NCBI GenBank assembly: GCA_026936335.1
Contig: JAPMXV010000068.1
Coordinates: 1 to 64,000 of the forward strand
Direction of reading: 5' to 3'
Length of the DNA stretch: 64,000 bases
Source: Mantamonas sphyraenae STR306
Lineage: Eukaryota; Protista; CRuMs
Part shown: in pieces, positions 1 through 11,080 of the stretch
How positions within the stretch are numbered: the first letter of the stretch is position 1
Layout: every line of letters begins with the position of its first letter
The notes under the pieces: generated by a model
The model's input: only the letters and a program-made list of their open reading frames with translations
Databases searched by the model: none
Told to the model about the DNA's origin: nothing
Made by a program: the position numbers and the translations under genes

Positions 1-163
1 ACCCTAACCCTAACCCTAACCCTAACCCTAACCCTACCCTAACCCTAACCCTAACCCTAACCCTAACCCTAACCCTAACCCTAACCCTAACCCTAACCCT
101 AACCCTAACCCTAACCCTAACCCTAACCCTAACCCTAACCCTAACCCTAACCCTAGCCCTAAC
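1..163 (+). repeat. Telomeric repeat (CCCTAA)n, TTAGGG type, left chromosome end
   Basis: About 27 tandem CCCTAA units from base 1; one CCCTA variant near 32-36 and one CCCTAG variant at 151-156. Confidence 0.99.
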
Positions 164-437
164 TCGAATTGATAACCGGTAGTGGGATGTTATGCGTCCG
201 GTCTATGTCGCGTGAGTTGTGCTTGTGTCTGATGTGTGAGTGGCTGAGTTGGGTTGTGACATGGGGCAGTGGGCAACGGGTGGTGGTGGAAATGTTGCTG
301 GCGAGTGGTCGCCGTGCTGCAACGCCGCGCAGTCAGCACTGCCCGTCCGCCTTCAACCAAAGTATCACCAACACCCACCACACCCTCCACCAGTCCAACA
401 CAATCCACATACGCTCCAGTACCACACCACCACCACC

Positions 438-3400
438 ATGGACAACGACTACTCAAGCACTCCGAAGCAACAACACACACCCAACACCTACCCAGCGTGC
501 GTTCTGCCTTCCACTCCGTTTTCTGACTGCCCGCTTCTCCCGCTTCCTTGCCCCCCTCCATGCCTCCGTCGCTTTCACTGCACTCCTCCCCTGCATCTCC
601 ACTTCCCCATCGCCACCGCCGCTGCTTCTCTCCGCTGTTCTCCGATCCCCTCTCCCCTGTCACTGCCCTCCCCGTTGCCAGTTTCCCCGTCTGGCAATCT
701 CCTTCCGTTTTCCCTCTCTGCTCGTTCCAGCTCCCTTCACCCCCTGCTTCTGCTCTGACGGCGTCCATTCCGCCTTCCGCTCACCGTTTCCACCCCGCCC
801 TGCTCCTCCCGTCTCCCCCACAGCTACGCGTTCGTGGTCCCTCCCATGGCTGCCCAGCCGTTTCCGAACATGCTGCCCGTGCCTGGCGTACAAAACCCGT
901 ACCAGCACCCACAACCACTCATCATCTGGGTCCCTGTCACCACCCATCTCCAGCAGCACCACGCGTATGCTCATCAGGGCCATCCATACTACACCTACCC
1001 TCCTCCGCCGCCTCCTCAGCCGCGACAAACCGCGCAGACGCACTTCGCTCAGCCTCCGTCGCACCGTCCGCCTGCTCAACCCACCACAAACCACAACCGC
1101 GTCCCCAAACGCATCAGCTCTGCCTTTGTCGGCATCACACGGATCACGTCAACCACCACATCGTCGTTCTCGTCCCACCAGGCCACACGGCAGACTGGCG
1201 ACAGCGACGACGACGCAGCCCAGGAGAGACACACACATGACACCGGCGACGTGGAAGACCTGATGTCCCTGAACTTTGGTCACCGTGAACCACGGTCAAT
1301 CTCCAGCAACTCAGAGTGGATGACCAGCTCATGGATGGAGGCGTACGAAGAAGACGGCGAGGCAAACGACGTAATCCAGCAGCACGTGGACGACGAGTTG
1401 GAAATTCTGGGCACATTCAGCTTTGCAGACACTGGTGACGCCATGGATGAAGAGTACATGCCGCAAGATGACAGCGACGGCGACGCAGACGACATGGAGC
1501 AGGAGGACAGGGACGAATGGCAGCCGAGACGCACAAGTGGAGGCCACAGACGAGGCAGAGACCACAACAGCCGCCGTATTGTTTCACAACAGATGACAGG
1601 CAGCGGACAGCGCAGGCTCAGGGTCACGGCTGGCAGTGGCACAGAGACAGGAACGTCGAGCACACGGGCAAGAAGGGCCAAGAACGGAGACACGGGCGCA
1701 CAGAAGAAATCAAGCGAAGACAAGACGAACAAGTTTCCAGATGGTGTTGTGCGCAAAGGGTGGACAAAGGGAATCAGTGACGAGCTCACCCACAGCAACA
1801 AGAAGGAGCACTCCGCACTGCTGAGGCACATGCACACTCTGGCCAACGAGCATCCCATCGATGACATCCCGGAACTTATGATCCTGCAGGCGCGTGTTCT
1901 GGTCTGCCATGGCACCCTGTTGACGCTTGCCCGACAGATTCAGCTCGCTCTGGGCAACATTCCCCTATCCCAGGGCGACGTGGCCTTCTTCCTCACCCTC
2001 CTCGGCCGTGATATGGATCAAAATACGTGCAGCCATGCCATCCTCCACGCTGGTCTGGCCGTGGGTGTAACAAAGGCTGGGTTGAAGGTATGCTGGCTGG
2101 AGGAGCCACATGACCACGGCGACCCCAACTACGCCCTCCTCCACCTGCTCATGACAGAGATGGACACCCTCGGCGACAGGCCCCATCCCACCACCTGGAA
2201 GGAGCACAAGCAGACCCAGCTGTGGCTGCAGCAAGCACGACGCCCTGCTGACAACGACAGCGACCCACACTGGACACAATGCGACTACGACCACCACCTC
2301 ATCACCACCGAGGTTGAAAAGTGGCATCCTGAGTCTGTGCGCAGCGGCTGGAGCACCAACCCGTACAACGACGAGCGTGGCAGCTGTACGGCGCGGGAGT
2401 TCCAGACGCTGCTGGCACACATGAAGGCACGGGCAGCCAAGTACCCTCTCCATCAGCACGCACACGAGCACCATGCACTGCGTGAGCTGATCAACAACTG
2501 CAGCCTGCAGTCCCTGCTGCGACACATCATCCTGGCGCTGGGCAACGTTGGCGTGCCGCCTGTCGACCTGGCCTTCTTTGTTCGCCTCCTCCGTCCACAT
2601 CTCACCTACCAGCATGTGCAACATGCCATCTGCAACACTCTCACCCGTGGCGTCACCTCCCTCTCCCTCAAGATCGCCTGGCTCGACAAATCCAAACCCA
2701 GCGACGCCACACTGCACACCCTCCTCCACACCCTCATCGACCGCATCACACCCCACATCACCACACGCCCCATCACCGTCGACGCCGTCAACGCCCTCCG
2801 CATTCCCGAGCTTGTTCTTCCAGAGTCCACAAAGGAAGAGACGATGGCCGTGGAGGATGGACTGCCAGATGGCGTTGTGCGCAGTGGCTGGACGCACTGG
2901 CGCAAGAGCGAGCGCATGCACAGCAACAAGAAGGAGCACACGGCACTGCTGAACCACATGCACACCCTGGCCAACCAGTATCCCATCGACGACATCCCAG
3001 ACCTCATGACCCTGCAGGCGCGTGTTGTGGTCTGCCATGGCACTACGACCACGCTTGTCCGACAGATTCAGCTCGCTCTGGGCAACATTCCCCTCTCCCA
3101 GGGCGACATGGCACTCTGCCTCACCCTTCTCGGCCATGATGTGGATCAACACGCGTGTGGCCATGCCGTCCAGAACGCTGGTCTGGCCGTGGGTGTGACC
3201 AAGGCTGGGTTGAAGGTGTGCTGGCTGGAGGAGCCACACGACCACGGCGACCCCAACTACGCCCTCCTCCACCTGCTCATGACAGAGATGGCCACTCTCG
3301 GCGACAGACCCCATCCCACCACCTGGAAGGAGCACAAGCAGACCCAGCTGTGGCTGCAGAAGGCACGACGCCCTGCTGACAACGGCAGCGACCCACACTG

Positions 3401-4004
3401 GACACAATGCGACTACGATCACCAACTCACCACCACCACAGAGGACAAGTGGCATCCTGTGACTGTGCGCAGTGGCTGGAACAAAGCCAACCACGACGAG
3501 CGTGGCAGCTGCACGGCGCGGGAGTTCCGGACGCTGCTGGCACACATGAAGGCACGCGCAGTCAAGCACCCTCGCCATCAGCACGTACACGAGCTCCAGG
3601 CACTGCGTGAGCTCATCAACAACAGCAGCAAGCTGTACCTGGTGCGACACACCATCCTTGCGCTGGGCAACGTTGGCGTGCCGCCTGTCGACCTGGCCTT
3701 CTTTGTCCGCCTCCTCAGGCCAAACCTCACCTACCAGCAGGTTCAACCTGCTATCAGCATAACCCTCACCCGCGGCGTCACCTCCCTCTCCCTCAAGATC
3801 GCCTGGCTCGACAACCCCCAACCCAACGACGCCACACTGCACACCCTCCTCCACACCCTCATCGATCGCATCACACCCCACATCACCACCCGCCCCACTA
3901 CCCCCGCACTCGTCAACGCCTACCCCATCCCTCCATTCACCCTGCCCAAGCGCAAAGACCCTTCCTCCTCCTCCTCCTCCTCCAAACGCCAGCGCCTCGA
4001 ATGA
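438..4004 (+). CDS. Subtelomeric orphan protein (~1079 aa): Pro/Gln/His-rich and acidic N-terminus, four ~190-aa repeat domains (ABAB), C-terminal bipartite NLS-like motif
   Basis: Exon 1 438-496 (MDNDYSS...), GTGCGT...CACAG intron 497-823 joins in frame to ORF 834..4004; internal duplication; ends KRKDPSSSSSSSKRQRLE. Confidence 0.75.
1737..3940 (+). repeat. Intragenic tandem duplication, period 1128 nt
   Basis: PDGVVR starts at 1737 and 2865; KWHP starts at 2319 and 3447; long near-identical nucleotide blocks between copies. Confidence 0.95.
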
Positions 4005-4013
4005 ACCACCCCT

Positions 4014-5467
4014 TCATTCCGCACCCCTCCCCATCCACTCCACCACCCTCTTCATCACCTCATCCGGCAGTGTCACCCACCCTTCCCACCCTCTCTCCTC
4101 CACATACTCCTCCATCCCCCCACACCCAAACATCACCTCCCTCTCCTCCCCATTCATCACCAACGCCACCTCCATCGCCTCATCCACCTCCCAGCCCCAT
4201 CCAATCCAATGCCACGCCTTCCTCCACCCCTCCTTCCTCACCATGACCACCGTTCTCCTTCTCGGTTTCGCGCCCCACCCCCGCAACACCTCAACCACCC
4301 TCTCATCGCCCCCTCTCACCCCCCTCTCCAGCGCAATCTCCATCCCCTCATTCGCTGCAAACGTGTCCACAGGCACACCCCACTCCCTCAGCTCTCTCAT
4401 CTTCTCCACGTCCCCACACTCCACAAACTCCACATGCTTCTCCTTGTTCCTCTCCACGAGCGGCTGCAGCAAACCGCTCTCAAGCCCCCATATCCTCCAG
4501 CACGCACGGTTGTTTGCCAATGACCTGCTCATTGCCGCTGCTCCTTCGTCACCAATGCCGTTTTCGCTGAGTTCCAGTCTCTGCAAGCTGCTGTTCTCGC
4601 TCAGAGCCTCCGCCAGCGCAATTGCTCCTTTGTCACCAACCCCGTTGCCGTTGAGGTTCAACGTCTGCAAGCTGCTGTTCTCACCCAGCCCCTCCGCCAG
4701 CGCTCTTGCTCCTTCTTCCCCAATGCTGTTGTCCCAGAGGTGCAGCGTCTGCAAGCTGCTGTTCTCACTCAGTAACTGCGCCAGTGCTGCTGCTCCTTCA
4801 TCCCCGATGCCGTTGCTTGTGAGGTCCAGCGTCTGCAAGCTGCTGTTCTCAGCAAGACCCTTGGCCAGTGCGACCGCTCCTTCTGCCCCGATGCTGTTGC
4901 CGCCAAGGCCCAGTACCTGCAGGCATCTGTTCTCACTCAACGCTTGACCCAGTGCTGCTGCTCCTTCTGCTCCGATGCTGTTGCTGCCGAGGCCCAGCGT
5001 CTGCAAGCTGCAGTTCTCACGCAGCGCCTTTGCCAACACCGCCACTCCACCATCCCCAACGCTGTTGCTGCTCAGAGTCAACGTTTGCAATGTACTGGTC
5101 ACCCTCACTGCCTGCGCCAGTGCGCCGGCTCCTTCCTCTCCGATGCTGTTCCTCGAGAGGTGGAGCATTCCAACTCTGCACGGCCCCTCCAGCCAACGAG
5201 CCAACGCTGCTGCTCCTACGTCCCCGATGCTGTTGTTCGCGAGGTCCACATTCTGCACTATGCAATTCACCTGCTCAACCAGTCCCTGTGCCAGCACCAC
5301 AGCCTCGCTGTCTCCCATCTTCGCCCTGACCCTCAACGTCTTCACCAATCGTCAGCCATGGCTCTCCCTCGGCACACCCCAGCCCAACCCACCTTTCCCT
5401 GTGCCTCCAAAGCCCCGCAGATCCTCCCATGGTCGCCATCCCGCAACAACTCTGTCCACTTGTTCAT
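4014..5467 (-). CDS. Ribonuclease-inhibitor-type (NLRC3/RanGAP-like) LRR protein with ankyrin-like C-terminus
   Basis: About nine 28-aa repeats LQTLxLxxNxIGxEGAxALAxxLxENSS; tail with GDVEKMREL..GVPV and GDERVVEVL..WGA resembles ANK. The start is uncertain: 5467 with a 53-nt intron at 5392-5340, or 5318 without. Confidence 0.85.
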
Positions 5468-5496
5468 TTGCCCGCGCCTGAGCGCCCAACCTCCCA

Positions 5497-6411
5497 ATGT
5501 TCCCCACGAGCCCGGACCTCTGCCTCGTGGACGACCCACCCGACCATCTGACCTGTTCCGTTTGCCTGGATGCCTTTACGGACCCGGTCTCTCTTGCCTG
5601 CGGTCATTCTTTCTGTGCCTCCTGCATCGACACCCTTGCCACCTGCCCGCTTTGCCGCGCCACCAAAACCTCTGTGCACCCCAATCTCATGGCCAAGCAG
5701 CTTGTCGGCCAGCTTCTCTGCCGCTGTGCATACGGTTTCCACTGGGACCAAGACCAAGGCCAATTCCTCGCCGTCGACGACGACACAGACGATTCCGCCT
5801 GTTCCACAGTCGTCGCATGGGACTCCTGGCACGACCACGTGTCCGCCTGCACACAAAAGCCCGTCTCCTGCCACTGGGACGGCTGTGACGCCCTTGTTCC
5901 GGCCAAAGCCCTCCCGGAGCACATCGAGGCCTGCCTCCACCGCCCGTCTGGAGCAGAAACCCTCTCAATCCTCCGCCAAAACATCCAACTTTCTCGCCAG
6001 CTCGAGGATCTCGATTCCACCAACCGAGAACTCTCTCTCCGCGTCGTTGAGCTCGAGGAAACTCTCGTGTCGCTCCAGCGTGCCCTCAACACAGCCGACA
6101 CGCCCTCCTCTCCCGCCTTTGACTCTTTCCACACACCCAACCCGTCGCCCAAACCACGCACCACCATAATCTCCTCCTCCTCCTCCTCCTCATCCTCATC
6201 TTCCCCCTCCTCCACCTTCTCCTCCAAATCCTCCAAAACCTGCCTCCCTGGCGCACAATCCACCCACCTGCGCCGCTGCAACATCTGCACTGTCATCATC
6301 TGCGACAATTGCTACTCAGCATGTCACGCCGGCCACTCCACAGGCCGCCGCTTCCACTCGCGCGCTGCAGAATGCGATTGCAGCTTGCACGGTACCTGCT
6401 CGCTCAGGTAA
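5497..6411 (+). CDS. RING (C3HC4) - TRAF-type Zn finger - coiled coil - poly-Ser - UBR-box-like Zn finger E3 ligase
   Basis: CSVC..CGHSFCASC..CPLC; H..AC..KPVSCHWDGC..HIEAC; CNIC..ICDNC...CHAGH...CDC. Confidence 0.85.
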   Translation: MFPTSPDLCLVDDPPDHLTCSVCLDAFTDPVSLACGHSFCASCIDTLATCPLCRATKTSVHPNLMAKQLVGQLLCRCAYGFHWDQDQGQFLAVDDDTDDSACSTVVAWDSWHDHVSACTQKPVSCHWDGCDALVPAKALPEHIEACLHRPSGAETLSILRQNIQLSRQLEDLDSTNRELSLRVVELEETLVSLQRALNTADTPSSPAFDSFHTPNPSPKPRTTIISSSSSSSSSSSPSSTFSSKSSKTCLPGAQSTHLRRCNICTVIICDNCYSACHAGHSTGRRFHSRAAECDCSLHGTCSLR

Positions 6412-6457
6412 AAACACAAATCACCCAATCCTACATTCCGATCAGTCTTCTCCCCTG

Positions 6458-7896
6458 TCACTCATCCAATCGCGCGCTCAAATCCTCGTTCCTGCGTTCC
6501 AGCTCGGCAATCTTGCGCAGCAGCCGGCTCTCACGGTTCTCAATCTCCCGCAGCTGGTCCCCTCCGCTGCTTCCCACACTCCCCACGCTCGTGTCCGACA
6601 CCTGCGCCCCAAAGCTCACGTTGCTCACACGCGATCCCGACCCCGCATACAAGTCCAACCCGCTCACCTTGGCCGACAGCTGCCCAATGTGCGTTTCCAT
6701 CAGCTTCAGCTGCGATTGAAGCATCCGCACGTCGTTCGACGCATACTGCAGCGCCTCACTCATGCTTCCGTGCATCATCTGCTGCTGTTCTTGGATTGAA
6801 CGAAGTCCTTCCTGCAACGTCTGCCCATACCGCCTGTTCGTTGCCTCCACCGTCTCGCTCTGTGCCTCCAACTCCCTCAAGCGTCGTTCGTTCTCCTTCA
6901 GCTTCTCCTGCACCTCCTGCGTCGCCTTGGCCGCGGCCAATTCTGCGCTGATGCTCTTTTCCCGCAGGCTCGCCATGTTTTCTGTCAAGTACGCCACCTT
7001 TTGGCCCACTTTGACGTTCTCCGCTCGGTTCTCTTGGCTCACTGTGCTCACCTGTGTAAGCACCCCCTCCATCTTGTTCACAATCTGGTCGTTTGCGTTG
7101 GCCTGCATCTTCACCACCGCCAGCTCGTCCGCCAAGAATTGCCGTGTCTGTTCCCTGTGTGTCAGCTTCCACCTCCCATCTCTCACAGCTCCCACTCACA
7201 CCACGTACGTAGGTCACATCTTCCTGGCAGTTGCCCACAACCTCGCTCAGCGCCTGCATCCTGCTCACCAGCGCCTCCTGGCTCGTCTTTTGCTCCCGAA
7301 ACAGTGCGTCGTGGTCTGCCCGCAGATCTGCTGCAAATGCCTTGAGTGTTTCCAGATGCTCCAGCACCCCCTCCTCCTGCACAGCCAGCTTCTTGGCCAG
7401 TTCCCGATGCACCAGCTGCACCTTTTTCGCAACCCGCTGCTCGAAGTCCGCCTGTCCATCCTGCCATTCGCCACGCAGGTTATCTACACATGCCGTTGTG
7501 TCCACCCATGTGTGTGTCAGACCCGCACCTTGCTCCACTCCGCGTCCCTGGGCCTGCTGCCTTGCGCTGCAATTTTTTGACGACCGTTTGACACGCCCTC
7601 CTTCCACGTCGTCCCTGACCCTTTCCTCTTCACGCCACCCTCGACACTCCCCGCCCTCTGTACCACCTACCCAGCTCCTCAATCATCACCTCACTCAGTG
7701 TGGCAAACGCCTGACGCAGCATCCGCACCTGGTGCGAAAAGTACTCAAAGGACTTTTGGCTCTCCATCTCCAAGTCCAGCTGCGCATCCGCGTCCCGCTG
7801 CAGCAGCTTCACTGCCTCTGCCAGTTCCCGAATGTCCTTTTCGTGGACACTCGTCCCACTCATGCTACCCTTGTTGCGTTTGCCGTGGCTGCTCAT
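6458..7896 (-). CDS. Coiled-coil protein of unknown function, 3 exons
   Basis: Exon 1 MSSHGKRNK...IEEL (7896-7671), intron 7670-7484, then heptad-rich exons from ORFs 6756..7682 and 6458..7195. Confidence 0.7.
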
Positions 7897-7977
7897 GATG
7901 GGAAACAAAACGGGTTGGCGCACGCCACGCGCTCCCTCCACCATCCCGTCCCGCCTGCCCGCTTCCACCTCTCGCCC

Positions 7978-8718
7978 ATGGCCCACTTGTACGACGCCCT
8001 CAAGCACAAGAAGGAGTACGTGGACAACTGGTTCCAGGGCTCCCGCGAAGAGTGGGCCGCCCTCAAGCAAGAGTCCTGCACCGTCTATGTGGGCAAGATG
8101 AGCCACTACACACGCGAAGAACAGATCTACGAGCTCTTTAGCAAGTGTGGTCCCGTCAAGCGCGTCATCATGGGCCTCGACCGTATCCAGCGCACGCCAT
8201 GCGGATTCGCCTTTGTTGAGTTTTACGCCCGAGAGGACGCCGAGCATTGTGTCGCCGCCCTCTCTGGCACAAAGCTCGACGACCAGGTCATCCAGTGCGA
8301 CTTTGACGCGGGTTTCCGCGAGGGCCGCCAGTTTGGCCGTGGCAAGCACGGCGGCCAAAAGCGCGACCAGTTCCGCCTTGAATACGCCAACGCTGCCCCC
8401 ACACCTGCATCTCCGACCCGCCAACACTCTTGGAAGCGTGGCGAGCGCGACGAAGATGCCAATGACGACCTTGACGACCCGCAAGACCCTCCCATGGACC
8501 ACCGCGACCCCTCCGATTCCCCGTCTGCCTCCGACCGCGGCACAAAACGCAGGAGAGACGAACTGCAAGACGACGACGACACAGACAACATCAACAACAA
8601 CAACACAGCAGAGCAGGACCAAGCCTCGGACAACCTCGACGACTCGCTCAGCGATCTGCGCGACGACAAGCGCGGCCGCCTCGGCTCCCCCTCCGAGGGT
8701 AATTTCACCCATCAATGA
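7978..8718 (+). CDS. NCBP2: Nuclear cap-binding protein subunit 2 (CBP20) with acidic C-terminal extension
   Basis: TVYVGKMSHYTREEQIYELFSKCGPVKRVIMGLDR..TPCGFAFVEFY...DAGFREGRQFGRGKHGGQ signature. Confidence 0.95.
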   Translation: MAHLYDALKHKKEYVDNWFQGSREEWAALKQESCTVYVGKMSHYTREEQIYELFSKCGPVKRVIMGLDRIQRTPCGFAFVEFYAREDAEHCVAALSGTKLDDQVIQCDFDAGFREGRQFGRGKHGGQKRDQFRLEYANAAPTPASPTRQHSWKRGERDEDANDDLDDPQDPPMDHRDPSDSPSASDRGTKRRRDELQDDDDTDNINNNNTAEQDQASDNLDDSLSDLRDDKRGRLGSPSEGNFTHQ

Positions 8719-8726
8719 ACACCCGC

Positions 8727-9257
8727 TCAATAGAACCTTTGATTCGTAGTCGTAAAGTGCGACGCCGTCGCCTCCTCTGCCCACAGCGACTGCAGCTTGT
8801 ACGTCTTGTCCCGCTTTTGCTCTCGCGGGTCGACCTCGTTCGACAGCACCTGGTCCAGCGACAGCCCCCGGTCGATCGACAACTGCTTCGTCGTCACAAA
8901 CACAGTGCTATCATCGCTCTCATTTCCGTGCGAGAACAGCAGCCGTCGCCCTTTGTCCTTTACGGGCGGATTGTACACCCGCTGCGCGTGCGACCCCTCG
9001 TCGTACGACTGGTAGGAACTGCGTGCCTCTGTCACAAACCGCTCCTCATCCGAATACGCCTGTAAACCCCCCCCCAACGCTTCCCGTGTCAGTTTCCTTC
9101 TTCGCCCCTTGGCCACCGCCACTGCCCCTTTTCTTTGCACCCCAATTCCGCCCCAACGTACAAATTTCTCTGCCGCCTCCTCGGCATCCTGTGCCAGCAG
9201 ATCTTCCACCCAATTGCCCTCCCGCACGCCGTTTGAGTACTTCTTTTCGCTCGTCAT
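8727..9257 (-). CDS. Ciliary microtubule-inner-protein candidate, NWE-motif family (CFAP107/CFAP68-like)
   Basis: N-terminal KYSNGVREGNWVED, FVTEARSSY, LLFSHG, and C-terminal FTTTNQRFY motifs. Confidence 0.65.
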   Translation of the reverse strand: MTSEKKYSNGVREGNWVEDLLAQDAEEAAEKFVRWGGIGVQRKGAVAVAKGRRRKLTREALGGGLQAYSDEERFVTEARSSYQSYDEGSHAQRVYNPPVKDKGRRLLFSHGNESDDSTVFVTTKQLSIDRGLSLDQVLSNEVDPREQKRDKTYKLQSLWAEEATASHFTTTNQRFY

Positions 9258-9332
9258 CGCCACGTGCGCTCAATCCCACTCCCTGATGCTCTTTTGGCGG
9301 CCCCCGCGCGCCACCCGCAAACCCAAACGGTC

Positions 9333-11045
9333 ATGTCCTCCAGCAGTCGCATGCTGGATCGTCAGATCAACTCCCCGACCCTTGCCGCCCTTGGAGACGA
9401 TGTTGTCCAAGACGATGACCTCGACGGGGCCCTTGTCCTCGACTTTGACGACCAGGCCGACGCCGCCCAGCTGCAGCGAATGATGGACGACTCGTCCCTT
9501 TTGCGCAGTACGCTCGCTCCCTTGAAGCCCCGTCACATGCCCCATCTCCCAGGTCCCACGCTAACCCACCTCTCCTCCACACAGTGCCAAAGTACAACAA
9601 GGACCTCTTTCACTTTAAGGAAGACGAGGAGATCGACACACGCCCGCCCCTCGAACAACTCGAAGCCCTTCGTTCAGAATGCGAGCAGCTCCTCGCCCAG
9701 AACAACTATTCAGACCTCATCCAGCACAGGATAACCATGCTGGCCCTCACAAAGGTCGTCACCATGGACGAGGACGCCACCAGCCTGCCCCAGGCCTACT
9801 ACGACCTCGCCTACGCCTACTATCTGGACCGCATGTACATCCAAGCCCTTGAGCACGCACGCGTGGCACGCGACCTCAACGTCAAGCTCCAGATGCAGAC
9901 CTCCCGTGCCTTCCACCCCACCATACTCGTCCTTGTTGGCCGCTGCCTTCTCGAGCTCGGCAAGTACGCTCCTTCATTCGTGTCTCTTCCCTTTTTGCCC
10001 TCTCGTCTTGCCACTCACACAGCCCTCCAACCCTTCCCTCAGGAAACACGAGGCCCTTACCGTCACCGAAAAGGCCCTGCGCTTCAACCTCAAAATCCAC
10101 AGCAGCAAGACACACGCCTCACACGCTGCCATTCACCTGCTCCTCGGACGCATCCAACTCGCTGAAGAGAACCTGCGCGAGGCTGCCACCTACCTTGAGC
10201 AGGCCAAAGACGTGTACGCCGGTGGCGACAGCGTCGAGCTCGCCGAGATCTACCTCAACCTTGGCCACGTCTACCTCCAGATGGAACGCCGACAAGACCA
10301 GGCCGAACAGTGCTACATGAGCGCCCTCGAGTCCTACGAGGCCCTCCTCGGCCAGGAGTGCGTCGAGATTGCACAGGTCTACCGCCAGCTCGGCAAGATC
10401 TCCTACAAGCGCGGCGACTACATCGAAAGCGAGGACCGCTTCGAGCGCACCATCTCCATGTACGAAAACCTCTTTGGCATGACCGACGAGCGCACCATCA
10501 CCGTATGCCGCGAGCTCGGCATCATGCTCATCAAGGCCCGACGCTATCAGAGCGCCCTCATCCTCCTCCGCCGCGTCATCGCCGAGGAGAAGCGCCTGTA
10601 CGGCGGCGATTCCCTCAAGCTTGCCGACACCTACAAGCTCGCCGGCTCCGCATACATGGCCGACAACAACCTCAAGAGCGCCCTCGGCATGTTCCAAAAG
10701 TCCCACGCCGTGTTCCGCCGCAAGTTTGGCGACGACCACGAAAAGACACAAAAGATCAAGGCCACCATTGCCAGCCTCAAAACAAGTCTCAAGACAGGCA
10801 CACCCACGACCACCGGGACCGAGCACGGCGGCCAGGAATCCACACGCAGCACCTCCTACTCCGGCCTCGGCGGCCTCGCTGGCATGAGCCCGTCCACAAA
10901 CGGCTCGAGCAGCCGTCTCGGCTCCTCCTCCGCATCGGGGCTCCCTTCTGCCGCCGCCTCCTCCTCCTCGTCTGCCCGCAAGGTCATCTACGACGACGAT
11001 TGGGACGACGACGACCTGAGCGACAGCAGCAGCGACGAAGACTGA
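9333..11045 (+). CDS. TPR-repeat protein (kinesin-light-chain/TTC23-like), 3 exons
   Basis: Introns 9508-9584 and 9964-10042 join three ORFs in frame; 42-aa-type TPRs such as AEIYLNLGHVY, AQVYRQLGKISY, ADTYKLAGSAY. Confidence 0.85.
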
Positions 11046-11080
11046 AGCCCTCCCGCCCTTCCCACACCAACCCATTCCCA

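Noticed and set aside
164-4004. Telomeric retrotransposon or helicase element
   Set aside because: No reverse transcriptase, endonuclease, transposase or helicase motifs seen
4550-5260. Periodic ~20-nt repeats resembling a CRISPR array
   Set aside because: They are the coding repeats of 28-aa LRRs in a eukaryotic gene; the intervening sequence is similar between units and there are no cas genes
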